Of a stretch of 64,000 bases of DNA, positions 27,504 through 39,175 are shown piece by piece. The DNA is from Bugula neritina (Eukaryota > Animalia > Bryozoa), in assembly GCA_964035545.1 (NCBI GenBank), contig OZ037770.1:6334729-6398728 (forward strand). The letters are read 5' to 3'. A program made the position numbers and the translations under genes. Every line of letters starts with the position of its first letter. The stretch's first letter is position 1. Under the pieces are notes generated by a model, which was not told the origin of the DNA, searched no databases, and saw nothing but the letters and a program-made list of their open reading frames with translations.

Positions 27504-28470
27504 GTATGGTGGTGGTGCGTCCCTGTTTTGTACACAAATAATAACTACTGCAACATAAAATTGCAAAGTTTTCAAGTTTGTAGAACAGAAAACTTTCCAG
27601 TCAAACTGCTTTAGACATAATTACGGTGCTAGTAAGTGTTGAATTTTGTAACAAATGCACACACGTCCACAGACACACCCACTCAAACACCAGCAAACGT
27701 GATCAAGTGATCAGTAATCAAGCAGTTGAAATTGTAATTAAATTAAATTAAATATTATACTGAATCATCATGGTACATGCAGGTGCCCTTCACCTAGCTA
27801 ATAGATGCCACCGGATGTCACACGGTAGTATCCTGTACTGCAAGTACATGTGTTATGTTTTCTATTTTTGGGTTGATGTGCAATCAAGAGAGTCTATTTA
27901 TTTGCTAAAGAACTTCACCAGGATAAATCGAGTTAATACAGTAGATTTTACACACAAGAATACAGCACAAAAACTATACAAATACATTTAGGTAATTTAC
28001 ACATCTATACAATCCAACACTCTATCTTCGACTACTAACAGCGGGAAACTCACTACTGCTACTAACTATCAGTGTCGCTAATTGGCTGTCCATTGTTCCG
28101 GGTCAATTACGTGACCCCGTGCTGTATCAGCGGGGTAAATAATATTTTCCCGTATTACGCTGCTGGTAGCTCCACGAGCCACCACACCGCCCCCACCAGC
28201 AGAAAGCCCTCTTTCTGATACAAAATATTTTACAGTTAGCACACATAACATCAGTAAACCAAAAGAAAAAGATATAAACACATATATAGATACAACAATG
28301 ACAGACATAATCAATATAACAGCATGTCACATACAAATGGCTAGCTGTAGAGAGAGAATACCGCTAGCTGTAGTGTTAGACAAGGAGGTTGAGCTGTCAA
28401 GCATTTACATGATAGTTTTGGACTTCCAAGAGAGTGGGGCTTACGGATCATTCAGGCAAAAGAACAAGAG

Positions 28471-29382
28471 TCAGTGTTTGACAAGCCGATGTTTGGCTTG
28501 ACGGGCACGTAGCTTTCTTTTAATCCGGCCGACAAAGCTTTTTAATTGTAGTACTGAGTAGATCCGGAGCCAACTGGGTGAACTCAGCCTGCAGCCGAAA
28601 GAGACGCTCCTGTACAGTGGCCAGGCGAACAGGATCTAGAGATGGGGTTCGTTTCTTACGAGGGGGGGATGCGACTTCTTCTTCCTCTTTTTCAGGGTAT
28701 GGAAACTCTTCGGGGGTATACACAATTTGAGGGCGTTCGGACACCAATGGAGATTGTTGTCTAGCATAGTCTAACACAGATTGGAAGCCGGAAGTTAGGA
28801 TGGCCAGTAACATTGCCTTATTTATTAAGTGCCGTATTAGCGTCAGTAATTCAGGGTAGAGCTTAGCATCTACCACACAGTTCTTCCCTGGAAAACATCC
28901 AGCTGCTCGATGTTTGGTGACAGGATAGGGGTAGGCGTCATCGTGTCCGCAGGGGCAAAATGTTAACAGGAAATGGGCGTTCACATGCAGCCTCAAGGAG
29001 CGGTGAGGCGAGCTCTCTTTGTAGCAAATCTGGCACTGTGTCCTTCCTTTGGGTCCCCAGGCCGCCTTTATCTGCTGCTCCGTCTCCGGCGACACCCACC
29101 GCCAGCGGCCGCGCAGTGGCTCGAGTCGTTCGCCATTGGCATACTCCTCGTGGTGCGAAGCGGGAGGTGCTCTATCCCGTACTCTGTGTACAATGGGTCG
29201 AGTGTAATCTGAAAGAGTTTCAACAGTGGTAGTACATTACACTGTAGTGTTGTCGGCTTGGACAGCCTGGCAACTTCTCGTTCAGTTAACACTCGTAGAG
29301 ATTTACGGTAGTGAGTAGTTGTAACAGAACACACATTGCAATGAGATTGTGAAATCTCTAAGTCAAACTGAGTTCCTACCAC
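28471..29382 (-). pseudogene. Extra ORF3 of Gypsy-2: C2H2 zinc finger, Cys/His cluster, NLS-like and coiled-coil-like segments (frameshifted)
   Basis: CQICYKESSPHRSLRLHVNAH; FCPCGH...KH...C; PRKKR; RLATVQERLFRLQAEFTQL; homolog of the C-terminus at 26490-26743 (+). Confidence 0.7.
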
Positions 29383-29528
29383 TGTAGTTCACTAACCTAT
29401 CTCTAGCTCAATTGACTCAGACGAGTTGGAGCTGAGTGATGCGATCTAGTTTCCATATCAAGACATAGTTCCCTCACCCCACGATCCGGTATCGTATGAC
29501 ATACTGAATATCTGTGAAATGGTTTGAA

Positions 29529-32500
29529 CTATTGACTAGGAACACGTCTGGTCTTGACTGCATCAGCATACAAAAAGATCGAGCAACGTGGTTGAGGTGC
29601 GTGACTAGGACTTTGCACACCCGGCGGATGAACTTTATTCTTAACTCCGCCGATACAAAAGTTGATATTTCCGTTGTGTTGACAAAACCCACAATTGCTC
29701 GATACCTTTCCGGTATGGCTCCCCGCTAGACTTTCATACGCGCCGCTTTTAATGCAGTCACATACGAAATTTTTTAAATATGCTGGAGGTTGCCTCGTAC
29801 GTTGTCTCCGCTCTAGGGGAAGTGGCGCACTCACCGGTGGACTAGCAGGGGCCTCTGATGGCGCTTCTAGTTCACCGGTAGTGGTTACTTCTTCCTGTTC
29901 TCTGAATGGAGCCACTCCCTTCGTGGGGGTTTGCACTTCCGGAACCGGCTCGGTTTTCGGAAGTGATGGAATCAGACTTGGCGTAGGAGGCGGCGGACGC
30001 ACTTCTGTAGGCAAAAGTGGTCGCTCGTCTTGTACCAAGTCTTTTTCCCACGAAATGACCAGTTCATACTCGGGTCCATGTCGCCCACACATTGTTGTCT
30101 GCCTCCTGGGCTCCAACAGCGGAGGGGGGGGGGAAGAGGGGGGGCTTTTCCCACTGCTTCCGGGCTAGCCCAATACAGCTTCAAGCGAGCCTCATTCTGG
30201 ATGGACATCTGTCTTGAGCGCTCGATCTTGTAGGTATGGTTGGGCATAGCCTCGACTATCACGTAGGGTCCCACGAACTTGGGCTGTAACTTAACCGCCT
30301 GTCCGCAACACCTACGGTAATTGACCATCCACACCCTGTCTTCTGGCTGATAGAGTGGTAGTTCCTCGAAATCCTCGCGCCGCACCTGCCACTACTTTTC
30401 TCACAGCATTTTGTGTGCGACCCTCATTCGTTCCACTAGTTCACTGGCATATTCGTGGACCGAGCTGTCTTGCTCTGGAACGTGGTAGGTAAGATGGTCA
30501 GGGACACGAGTCTCCCTCCCGAGTATTAGGAGGTTTGGGGTCTCACCAGTACGGGTGTGTGGGGTGCTACGGTATGCGCACATGACTTGCGACAACACCT
30601 TGTCCCATTCCTCCTGACTGCGTCCGAGGAGTAGACTCTGGAGCGCATCACCTAGCATCCGGTTATTGCGCTCCACCCCCATTACCTTGGGAATGGTAGT
30701 GGGTGGTCCTGCTCTGATTTACTCCCCAGAGGCGGCAGAGGTCGCTCATCAGTTGAGACTGGAACTGAGCGTCTTGATCAGAGTGTATCTGTTCAGGGAG
30801 CCATAAGTAACAAAATACATGTTGGTCTAGCGCCCTGGCCACTGTCGGGGCTGACGCATCTGGGATAGCCAGAGCGTCCGCCCGCCTCATAAAGTGGTCG
30901 GTCAATACTAAGATCCAACTATTGCCTTTGGGGGTTAGGGACATGGGTTTGACCAGGTCAACAGCTACTACTTGCCAGGGCCTGCCAGCATATAACCTCC
31001 ACCATCCCGCTTTACCAGGGAGACGGCCATGCTTGCTGGCCTGGCAGATTTCACACTGTTTTACTCTGAGTCGGACATCATGCCCCATTTTGGGCCAATA
31101 CCACCAGAGTTGTAATTCGGAGATCACTCGCTTAACTCCTGCGTGAGCCTGTTTATGAGTGTCCCAAATTAACTCACGACATATGGCACTAGGGCAGACC
31201 ACTCTCTTCCTCTTCGGGTGTCTGCCGTAAGCAGCTAGAGAAATGGTCAGCAGACCATCTTGCCGATCCTCAGCGAGTCCCAACGCTGGCAGAATAGCCG
31301 GAACTCGGCGCATCCCTGCCATATTCGTTCCTCGCTGGGTTTTCGCCCTTCTTTTTTGGCCCAATATATGTCTGCCACTACCCCAGGCAGCTCTTCCTGG
31401 AGCTTCTTCAGCTCCCGGACATTATCGGCCAAAACAGGGTTGGCGCGGAGGTTTTGTACAACCTCCGGGGACTTTTCAACTTTCGGTGTGAGTTGACCCT
31501 GGTCCCAGTCAAACTGTGTTCCGTGGTGAGCCAGCGTCTCTAATTCACATCGCGGGGGACCTCCGTCCCTCCTCTTGATGTTGAGACACTGTTTGCAACC
31601 TCCATCAGGTCGGCGGCTCAACCCATCCGCATTGCTGTGTCATCTACCCGGTCGATGTTCGATCCGGTAGGAGAACTCAGCTACGATCTCGAGCCAGCGG
31701 GCGATTTGACTAGAAAGTTCCGCTCTCTTGCACAACCAGATTAGGGAGGCATGATCTGTACGCAGCCGGAAATTCCTGCCGTATAGGTATGGTCTGAAGT
31801 GCTTCACTGACTTAATTACTGCCAGCAACTCCTTGCGGGTAGTGCAGTAATTTCGTTCAATGGGTAAGAGAGACTTGCTGTAGTAGGCTACTACTACTTC
31901 TCAGGTTTCCTGCACTTGAGACAGCACAGTGCCAACATTCTGGTCACTAGCGTCAGTGTCGAGGATGTACTCCAGAGTAGGATCTGGATAGGCCAAGACG
32001 AGTGGTGTCAGTAGGCAACCTTTGAGGCGGTCAAACGCTCCTTGTTTGACCGGGATCCACTGCCATGTCACTCCCAATGCGGTGAGCTGGTTTAACGGCT
32101 GTGCTATCCCTGCAAAGTCTGGTATGTATTGTCTGTAATACCCTACCAGACTCCAGAAAGCCTGGAGTCCGGTCAAGTCTTGGGGGGGGGTGACCCAGTC
32201 TTCTATTGCCCGTACCTTCTCGGGATCCGTTGCCACGCCGTTTCGACCGACAACGTGCCTTAAGTACTTGACCTCCGGCTGCAATAGAGCGCACTTGGAA
32301 GGTTTGAGCTTCAGACCGGCACCTCGGAGTCCCTGAAAAACCTCCCGCAGATGACTGACATGTGTCTCAAAGTCTGGGGAGATCACGATGACATCATCAA
32401 GGTAGATCAGCAGTGTCTTCCAGTGGAGTCTGCTGAGGACTTGCTCCATCAGCCTCTGAAAGGTGGCCGGGGCGGAGGTTGACCCGAAGGGCAGCAACTT

Positions 32501-34070
32501 CCACTTCCGCAGTCCGTCCCTTGTGATAAACATCCCCTTCTCCTGGGCGTTGGGACTCAGCGGAACTTGCCAGTAACCGCTCAACAAGTCTAACGTACTG
32601 AAGTACTTGCTGCCAGCTAGGGCGTCTAGTAATTCGTCAATGCGAAGTAGAGGGTAGGCGTCCTGTATGGTCACGCTATTGAGCTTGCGACAGTCCACAC
32701 AGAACCGCCAACTGTCGTCTTTTTTCCGGACCAGTACGACCGGCGAGTTCCACCGCAATGTGGGCTGGCTTGATGAGGCCGTGGTCCAGAAGATCCCAGA
32801 TTTGTCGGCTAACCTCCTTCTCCTTCTCCGGCCCCAGCCTGCGTGCGGGTTGCCGAATAGGGACTGTTCCTGCAGTCAGCGGTATATTGTGTCTGACAGC
32901 TCCAGTCAGTCCCTCGTCGTGATCTCCGCCGCTAAACACATTACCGTAGTCGCGTAGCAACTTCGCTATAGCCTGGCGTTCCTTGTTGCTTGCGCAGCCA
33001 CCACAGGCTGTCTCATATAACTCCCGGATGTGTGCTGGGACAGCCCCTCGCCCTTTTGTAGGGCGTCGAGGGGGTGCCTCCGTCGCATCTCCCAGCGACA
33101 GGCCCACGTCTTCCTCCTGGACAGAGTGGAACCGGCCTAGCATAGACCCAGCCGCTAACTTGATGGAGTCAGTGAAGGGGTTGACACACTGCATTAACAT
33201 CTCTCCTCGCTCAGTCAGTTGGTTTAAACTGCTGGCGAGTTGGATTCTTTCGTGCGCACCTTCAACTACCCCGAGTTCAGAGATCCGGCTATTGTTCACT
33301 CTGCAGTGAATGGTAGCTCAGAAGCGGCCTGATACGGTACAGTTTCGTACCATCTGCACGCCTCCCACTCAGGGGCGGCCAAACTTGTCGACACAAGCGA
33401 GTGCTCGCCTGGACATCACCATTGCAGATTTGCTAAAATCGATGTGACATCGGTGCCGTTTCAGGAATGGCATCCTGAAGATGGCGTTCTCTTTGAGCTG
33501 ACTGACGATAAACGTCTCTTGGATCGCTTGATCACGGACGCGTCCAGTCAGCTCAATTATACCGTAAAAGGGAAGGCACGACCCGTCAGCTAGGGTGCCA
33601 TACCCCCCCTCGTACAGTTTCATCTCGCATCTGACCTTAGCGCTGAGGATGTCGAAAAGTTGGCAACTTATGAGGTTCATGGTACAGCCTGAATCAAGTA
33701 GGAAGGTGACAGCTTTGCCCTCTATTTTGCTGGGCAATAAATAGCTGTTCCCATGAGGCTGTACCTGTACTCTCTCTTCGTGCCTCACTCTCGCAGGGAG
33801 TACCTCCCTCGCTTTAGGTCGTGAAGGAGGTAGCTTGGGACGGTGGTAGAGTGGCCTCGGAGGTGGGGAGGCTAAGTTTCCAGTTGCCTGCGCCGGCTCC
33901 CTCTCGGATTTTTGGTCTAGAAGGCCGTCGAATCGGTTGTGGAGTGGCATGTAGAAGGTAACAGCGGGGCGGAGCCCTTTGCCTGTCCGCCGTGGCTGTC
34001 GCCACTCTTGGTTGTCAGCCTGTGGTACCCGTCTGAGTGACCTCTGTTTCCTCTTCTCTGAGGGGTTCAT
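29529..34070 (-). pseudogene. Gypsy-2 pol (protease, RT, RNase H, integrase), with many frameshifts and stops
   Basis: FLLDSGC, SPVVLVRKKD, DLLSGYWQV, YLDD, ILDTDAS, VAVDL, IHSDQ, KFVGPY. Confidence 0.94.
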
Positions 34071-34108
34071 CGCTGACTCGCAGGAAGCGGGAACATCTGC
34101 GGACCGCG

Positions 34109-34865
34109 CACAGGATAGTTAAGGGCAACCTTTTAGCTGCAACTGCCTTGCTGAGATTTGCATTGTAATCATATAAGAATTCAGTACCAGTAAAATAAAA
34201 TCTCACCTAATTGTGCTAGAGTCAAAATTTAAAAACTATGTTGTAGATCTTCTTTTTCCCCAGAGTAAGTTTTTTGGAAATTTTAGTTTTCATTTTTTTT
34301 TGCAAAGTTATAGACAAAAAACTGCCCAATTTTGGCCAATTTTGCCAGAAAAACTGACTTTTCAGTACCAGTAAAATATCTCAGCAGCAAAACATAATAT
34401 CTGAATAAAAATTGCACTGCTGGAATCCTAAGATATTTCTCCAGTGCAACTTTTTTTCTTTTTCCAATAGCTCTGCTAGATTGCTCATAAATTGGTGATT
34501 TATACACTGAAAATGCCATATTTTTTCATAAGAAACTAGCAGCGCGCAGCACTTCACGCTTCAATGAGCACGTAGGGATGAGAAGATATTGGCGCGTACA
34601 TACTAATTACAGGCTTGCTAGCTGGCAGGCCATAATGAATAGCCCGCTTTTTACTTTGTTTATGTAGCACCCATAATGGAATGTTGATAGATAACGCAGC
34701 CCTAATGAAGGTTGCGGCTTATTGGTTGTAGTTTATTCTTAGGCTAAACAATTGCAAGTAGGCAACACGCATGCCACCCGCAGAACAATATTATTCAAGA
34801 ACCTGAACTACATTTTGAGAGAAATTTATGATATTCTTGCTGAGGATGCCCTTAACTATCCTGTG
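34109..34865. mobile_element. Non-autonomous CAC-terminal DNA transposon (CACTA/CMC-like), copy 1
   Basis: 19-bp perfect TIR CACAGGATAGTTAAGGGCA; 2-bp TSD CG/CG; internal direct repeat ttcagtaccagtaaaata. Confidence 0.92.
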
Positions 34866-36496
34866 CGGTAGTTTAACTCCGGAGTTAGGAGGGGGCAATA
34901 TCTGCGGAAATGTCCTTGATTTCCACACTCCCAGCAAAAACTGACCGTTTTCCCCGGTGGCGGCGCCGGTGGCCGTGAAGGCTCAGAGGCTATACCTACT
35001 GAGGTTTGGTGTGTCAGTGTTGCTATCAGTATAGCCAACATTTCAGTCAGTTGGGCGACTTTCGATGCGGCAGTTAACTGCGCTACGGCAGCCGTCGCAG
35101 AGGGCTCCGCCTCCCGCTCCGCTGCCGTGTCCGTGTGGTCTATCTCCACTTGGCGGGAGCTCCCCCGATTTTTATGCATCTGGAATGCCAAGAGATAAGC
35201 TTCTTCTTCCACCAGAGCATCTTCGACTGTGGTAACTCCTCTAGCTAGAAATTGGTGGTGGAGTCCCAAGTCGTTGATAGACTGTATAAAGGCGTCAAGA
35301 GTATACCTCTCATGGTTGACTTGGGGCAGATCGCTATACGCAATCTGTGCCAGCTTCATGACCGTGGCGGCATGTTCTTGTAGGGGGTGTGAGGGTCACA
35401 CCGCAGCCTTTGTAGATGGAGATGCCGAAGCGGGCCCGCACACAGGATAGTTAAGGGCAACCTTTTAGCTGCAACTGCCTTGCTGAGGTTTGCATTGTAA
35501 TCATATAAGAATTCAGTACCAGTAAAATAAAATTTCACCCAATTGTGCTAGAGTCAAAATTTAAAAAACTATGTTGTAGATCTTTTTTTCCCCAGTGCAA
35601 CTTCTTTGGAAATTTCAATTTTCGTTTTTTTGCAAAGTTATAGACAAAAAACTGCCCAATTTTGCCTGAAAAGCTGACTTTTCAGTACCAGTAAAATATC
35701 TCAGCAGCAAAAGCATGATATCTGATAAAAAGTTGCACTGCTGGAATCCTGAGATATTTCTCTAGTGCAAATTTTTTCTTTTTCCAATAACTCTGCTAAA
35801 TTGCTCATAAATTGGTAATTTATACACTGAAAATGCCACATTTTTTCATAGGAAACTAGCAGCGCGCAGCACTTCACGCTTCAATGAGCACGTAGATATG
35901 AGAAGATATTGGCGCCTACATAGTAATTACAAGCTTGCTAGCTGGGAGGCTATAATGAATAGCTCGCTATGTACTTTGTTTATGTAGCACCCATAATGGA
36001 ATGTTGATAGATAACGCAGCCCTAATGAAGGTTGCTGCTTATTGGTTTTAGTTTGATCTTAGACTAAACAATTGCAAGTAGGCAACACGCATGCCACCCG
36101 CAGAGCAATATTATTTAAGAACCTGAACTACATTTTGAGAGAAATTTATGATATTCTTAGTGAGGATGCCCTTAACTATCCTGTGCAGAGAAGAAAAGAT
36201 GCTATCGATGTCTGCGCCAACCCATAGGGCTTAGCTTTGTCCATCAATGACATTCTGAGCTTCAGCAGGGCCACCCTAGGGGTCCACTGGGCGACGTCCA
36301 TTACGTCGCTAAACTCTTGGATAAATTGCTCTACCTCTTCTTCGCCTGTGAATGTGGGCGCCTTTAACCGGTAGCGGTCCTTATTCAGCTCTCGAAGAAC
36401 CCTTCGCTTTTCTACCACATGATTCACAGGAATAACATCGTCTCTACGCTCACCTTCTACTGCCGGTAGTTGCATTCCAGTGTTTCCAGTCTCCAT
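34866..36496 (-). pseudogene. Gypsy-2 gag, split by DNA element copy 2
   Basis: KAPTFTGEEEVEQFIQEF...; removing the insert restores IFSSLRARFGIS; zinc knuckle CWECGNQGHFRRYC. Confidence 0.88.
35441..36185. mobile_element. Non-autonomous CAC-terminal DNA transposon, copy 2
   Basis: Same TIRs, highly similar to copy 1, same orientation; 2-bp TSD CA/CA. Confidence 0.92.
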
Positions 36497-36510
36497 CTTG
36501 GATTTGCACT

Positions 36511-36528
36511 ATCCCACTGCTGCCACCA
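36511..36528 (-). promoter_or_regulatory. tRNA-Leu primer binding site of Gypsy-2
   Basis: TGGTGGCAGCAGTGGGAT, one mismatch from the element-1 PBS, adjacent to the LTR. Confidence 0.85.
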
Positions 36529-36714
36529 CTGTTATATTTTTCAGTTTTGGGTTGATGTGCAATCAAGAGAGTCTATTTATTTGCTAGAGAACTTCACCAG
36601 GATAAGTCAAAATAATACGAGTATATTTTACACACAAGAAGACATCACAAAAACTTTACAAATACATTCAGTTATTCTACACATCTATATAATCCAACAC
36701 TCTATCTTTGACTA

Positions 36715-37663
36715 TGAAGAGTCAATTATTGTTATAGCTGTCACTTAGGCCCACTCAATTATTTTAATGTTCTTTTAGATGTAATGTATGACGTGCTCAT
36801 GTAGAGTAGCGCAAAGCAAAGCCAATGTTAAGATGTCTGTTTATAGCCGCGGTTTTGGATCGAGTAGTGGAACTGAGTAGTATAGTTCAAATCTCTATAT
36901 TAATATCTACTATAACTATTATGTCGGAGTATGATAAAGGAAAGTGTTCAGTGAGACTAAAAATATTATGGTCTACCACTGTTCAGCTGTGGTTATGCAA
37001 ATGTAAATGTCAGATTTTTATGTTATCTAAAACTATTATTATTTTAAGATCAGATGGGCATCAACACAGGAATTACTTTTTAATAACTTTGAGACAAATA
37101 TACGACTTACTTTCTACTAACAATTGAGATACTAGAATTGGTTACGTTTTGTACACAGATTGATGCAATCACAAACAAAGAGAGAAATTAATAATAATAT
37201 ACAATAGAATATGAACAAATTGAATAATATTCACTATATTAATATATTATTGTACCACCAAAAATTAACTGCGCAGTTGATTCAGACAAAAAGACAGAAC
37301 GATAAAACTAACAGTATAATCTAAAAAATGTAGAATTTTCCTTTAGTAAGTATAATATTATAACGGCTAAGGGCTAATTGCAAAATATAATAATCTTAGA
37401 AAACCGAAAGATGGCGATAGCGCCAAAAACAACAAGTATATCTGTCAGTCTCAAAACTACTCCAACAACTGACTTTTCAGACTTTTTAATATGAGAAGGC
37501 AAGTTTTCTTTTAATGGCGCATAGTAGTACAACTCCTACATTTACACATATAGATCTTGACTTTACATATCTTCCTATTTGGGAGTTACCTCCTCGATTT
37601 CTTTATTTTGACTCGATGTGAGGTATAGACAATATGTTGTTAACATTTGTAGCTTCCTCCTCA
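36715..37663. mobile_element. 949-bp solo-LTR-like insertion inside the Gypsy-2 5' LTR
   Basis: TGAAGAG...CTCCTCA termini; 4-bp TSD ACTA (36711-14 and 37664-67); removal restores the sequence seen in the 3' LTR (cttcgactactaacagcggg). Confidence 0.8.
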
Positions 37664-37807
37664 ACTACTAACAGCGGGAAACTCACTACTGCTACTAACT
37701 ATCAGTGTCGCTAAATGGCTGTCCATTGAACAATAGTTTTTGTAAATTATGATGAGTGAGATGCAATTTATACTGATCAGCTTTATATGACCAGCAAACT
37801 ACTGAGG

Positions 37808-37935
37808 AAGCAGCCAGGGTCTAGGATTTAAGTGTTATTGCTTGGTATACACATGAAGTTGCGAGTTCGAACTCCTGACAAGGGCCACAAGTAATGCTAA
37901 AAAGAGCATCTGGTCATAATTGCTCCTGTGTCCCA
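37808..37935 (+). mobile_element. Possible degenerate tRNA-derived SINE head
   Basis: B-box-like GAGTTCGAACT at ~37863 in a tRNA-length stretch; no clean cloverleaf. Confidence 0.3.
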
Positions 37936-39175
37936 TCTCAATAAGTCCTTAATTTACCAATTTTATAAACACAACCCCAGTTCCATCAGGGGCTTTCTCA
38001 CAGAGATAATGACTATATAAACTTGTGTGAGTGTGCTCATATGACCAAGCTGAGTTATTCTGCACACTCCCACACTTGAAACTATACTTCTATGCTACTT
38101 CATCAAGACAGCATTATATTAGCTCCTTTGGAGTTTTTAAATTATTGACTGTTTTCAATAGTTGAGATTTGGTTGGAATTGAAGCTTACTACAAAGGTAA
38201 TATATTGGTAACTCACTTTATTACAAAATATATATAAATAACTTTTATAGACTTTGAAGAATATATCATTTTTGTTTTGGGATGCGAGTTAGCTATTTCA
38301 AAATTTTAAATTGCATTACCTGATTGTTTAAAGTAAATGACATAGTGCTGTAGGTAAAAAACAAAGAGGAATAATATATAGTTTTTTAAATCAATGAATT
38401 ATAATCTAAAATAATAATACCTATATTTTAGGAAATTCAATAGTTAATTATTGATGCCAGCAAAGGAAATTATTAAAAAATAAATGTGTATAGCTTGAAA
38501 CACTGTTTCTAAAAGTTTATTCAAGCTGAAACTTTTAGAAAATAATATTAGGAAGTAATAATAAAAAAATCCCATGCCAATGTCGTGCAGTCTTACTTAA
38601 TTTTAATTGTCTTTATAGCAGAGATGTATACATCCAAATGTGGAGGTATATACTCAATAATATTATATATGTAATGGCGTTGTTTTTATATTTATTAGTT
38701 ATAACATTATTAGTACTTTTGATAGAATGTATTTTCACATATCTATTTGTAGTACAATCAGTTGTATATGCCTAATTAAAGCTACAATTTCTATACAGCA
38801 AAATAAAAATTACACATTATGAAAAAGAAATCCTCTATATTAGCAAACAAAATTTACTTAACTTATAAGGTAAGAAATCAAAAATCGAAACATAGAAAGC
38901 ACCTACATTCACAACTATAATAGCTTAAGTTGCGATATTGACACCACTTGAAGATGGTCTGCAGCAGAATAGTATCTTAAATTTTACCAAACTATGTTTG
39001 CTGCTGCTATATGTGTGAGTCAATCTATAAAGAAGATATTTCTACAAGTGAGCTCAGTTTTGAAACAGAACCTGCTAATGCTAATAACAATGTTATAAGT
39101 AGATATGATGGCTGGCAGGCATAAATATTAGTATAGTAATTATCACATAGACTTCTTGGTGGTCCCTTATTTGCA

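Larger units (their letters stand above)
27851..37728 (-). mobile_element. Decayed Ty3/Gypsy LTR retrotransposon (family 2) with an extra ORF and three nested insertions
   Basis: 3' LTR 27851-28186; 5' LTR 36530-36714 plus 37664-37728 (interrupted, truncated); tRNA-Leu PBS 36511-36528; gag with CCHC knuckle, PR, RT, RH, IN. Confidence 0.93.

Noticed and set aside
34109-36185. The two ~750-bp repeats as LTRs of a TRIM-like element
   Set aside because: Each has its own TIRs and 2-bp TSD, and the intervening DNA is contiguous gag.
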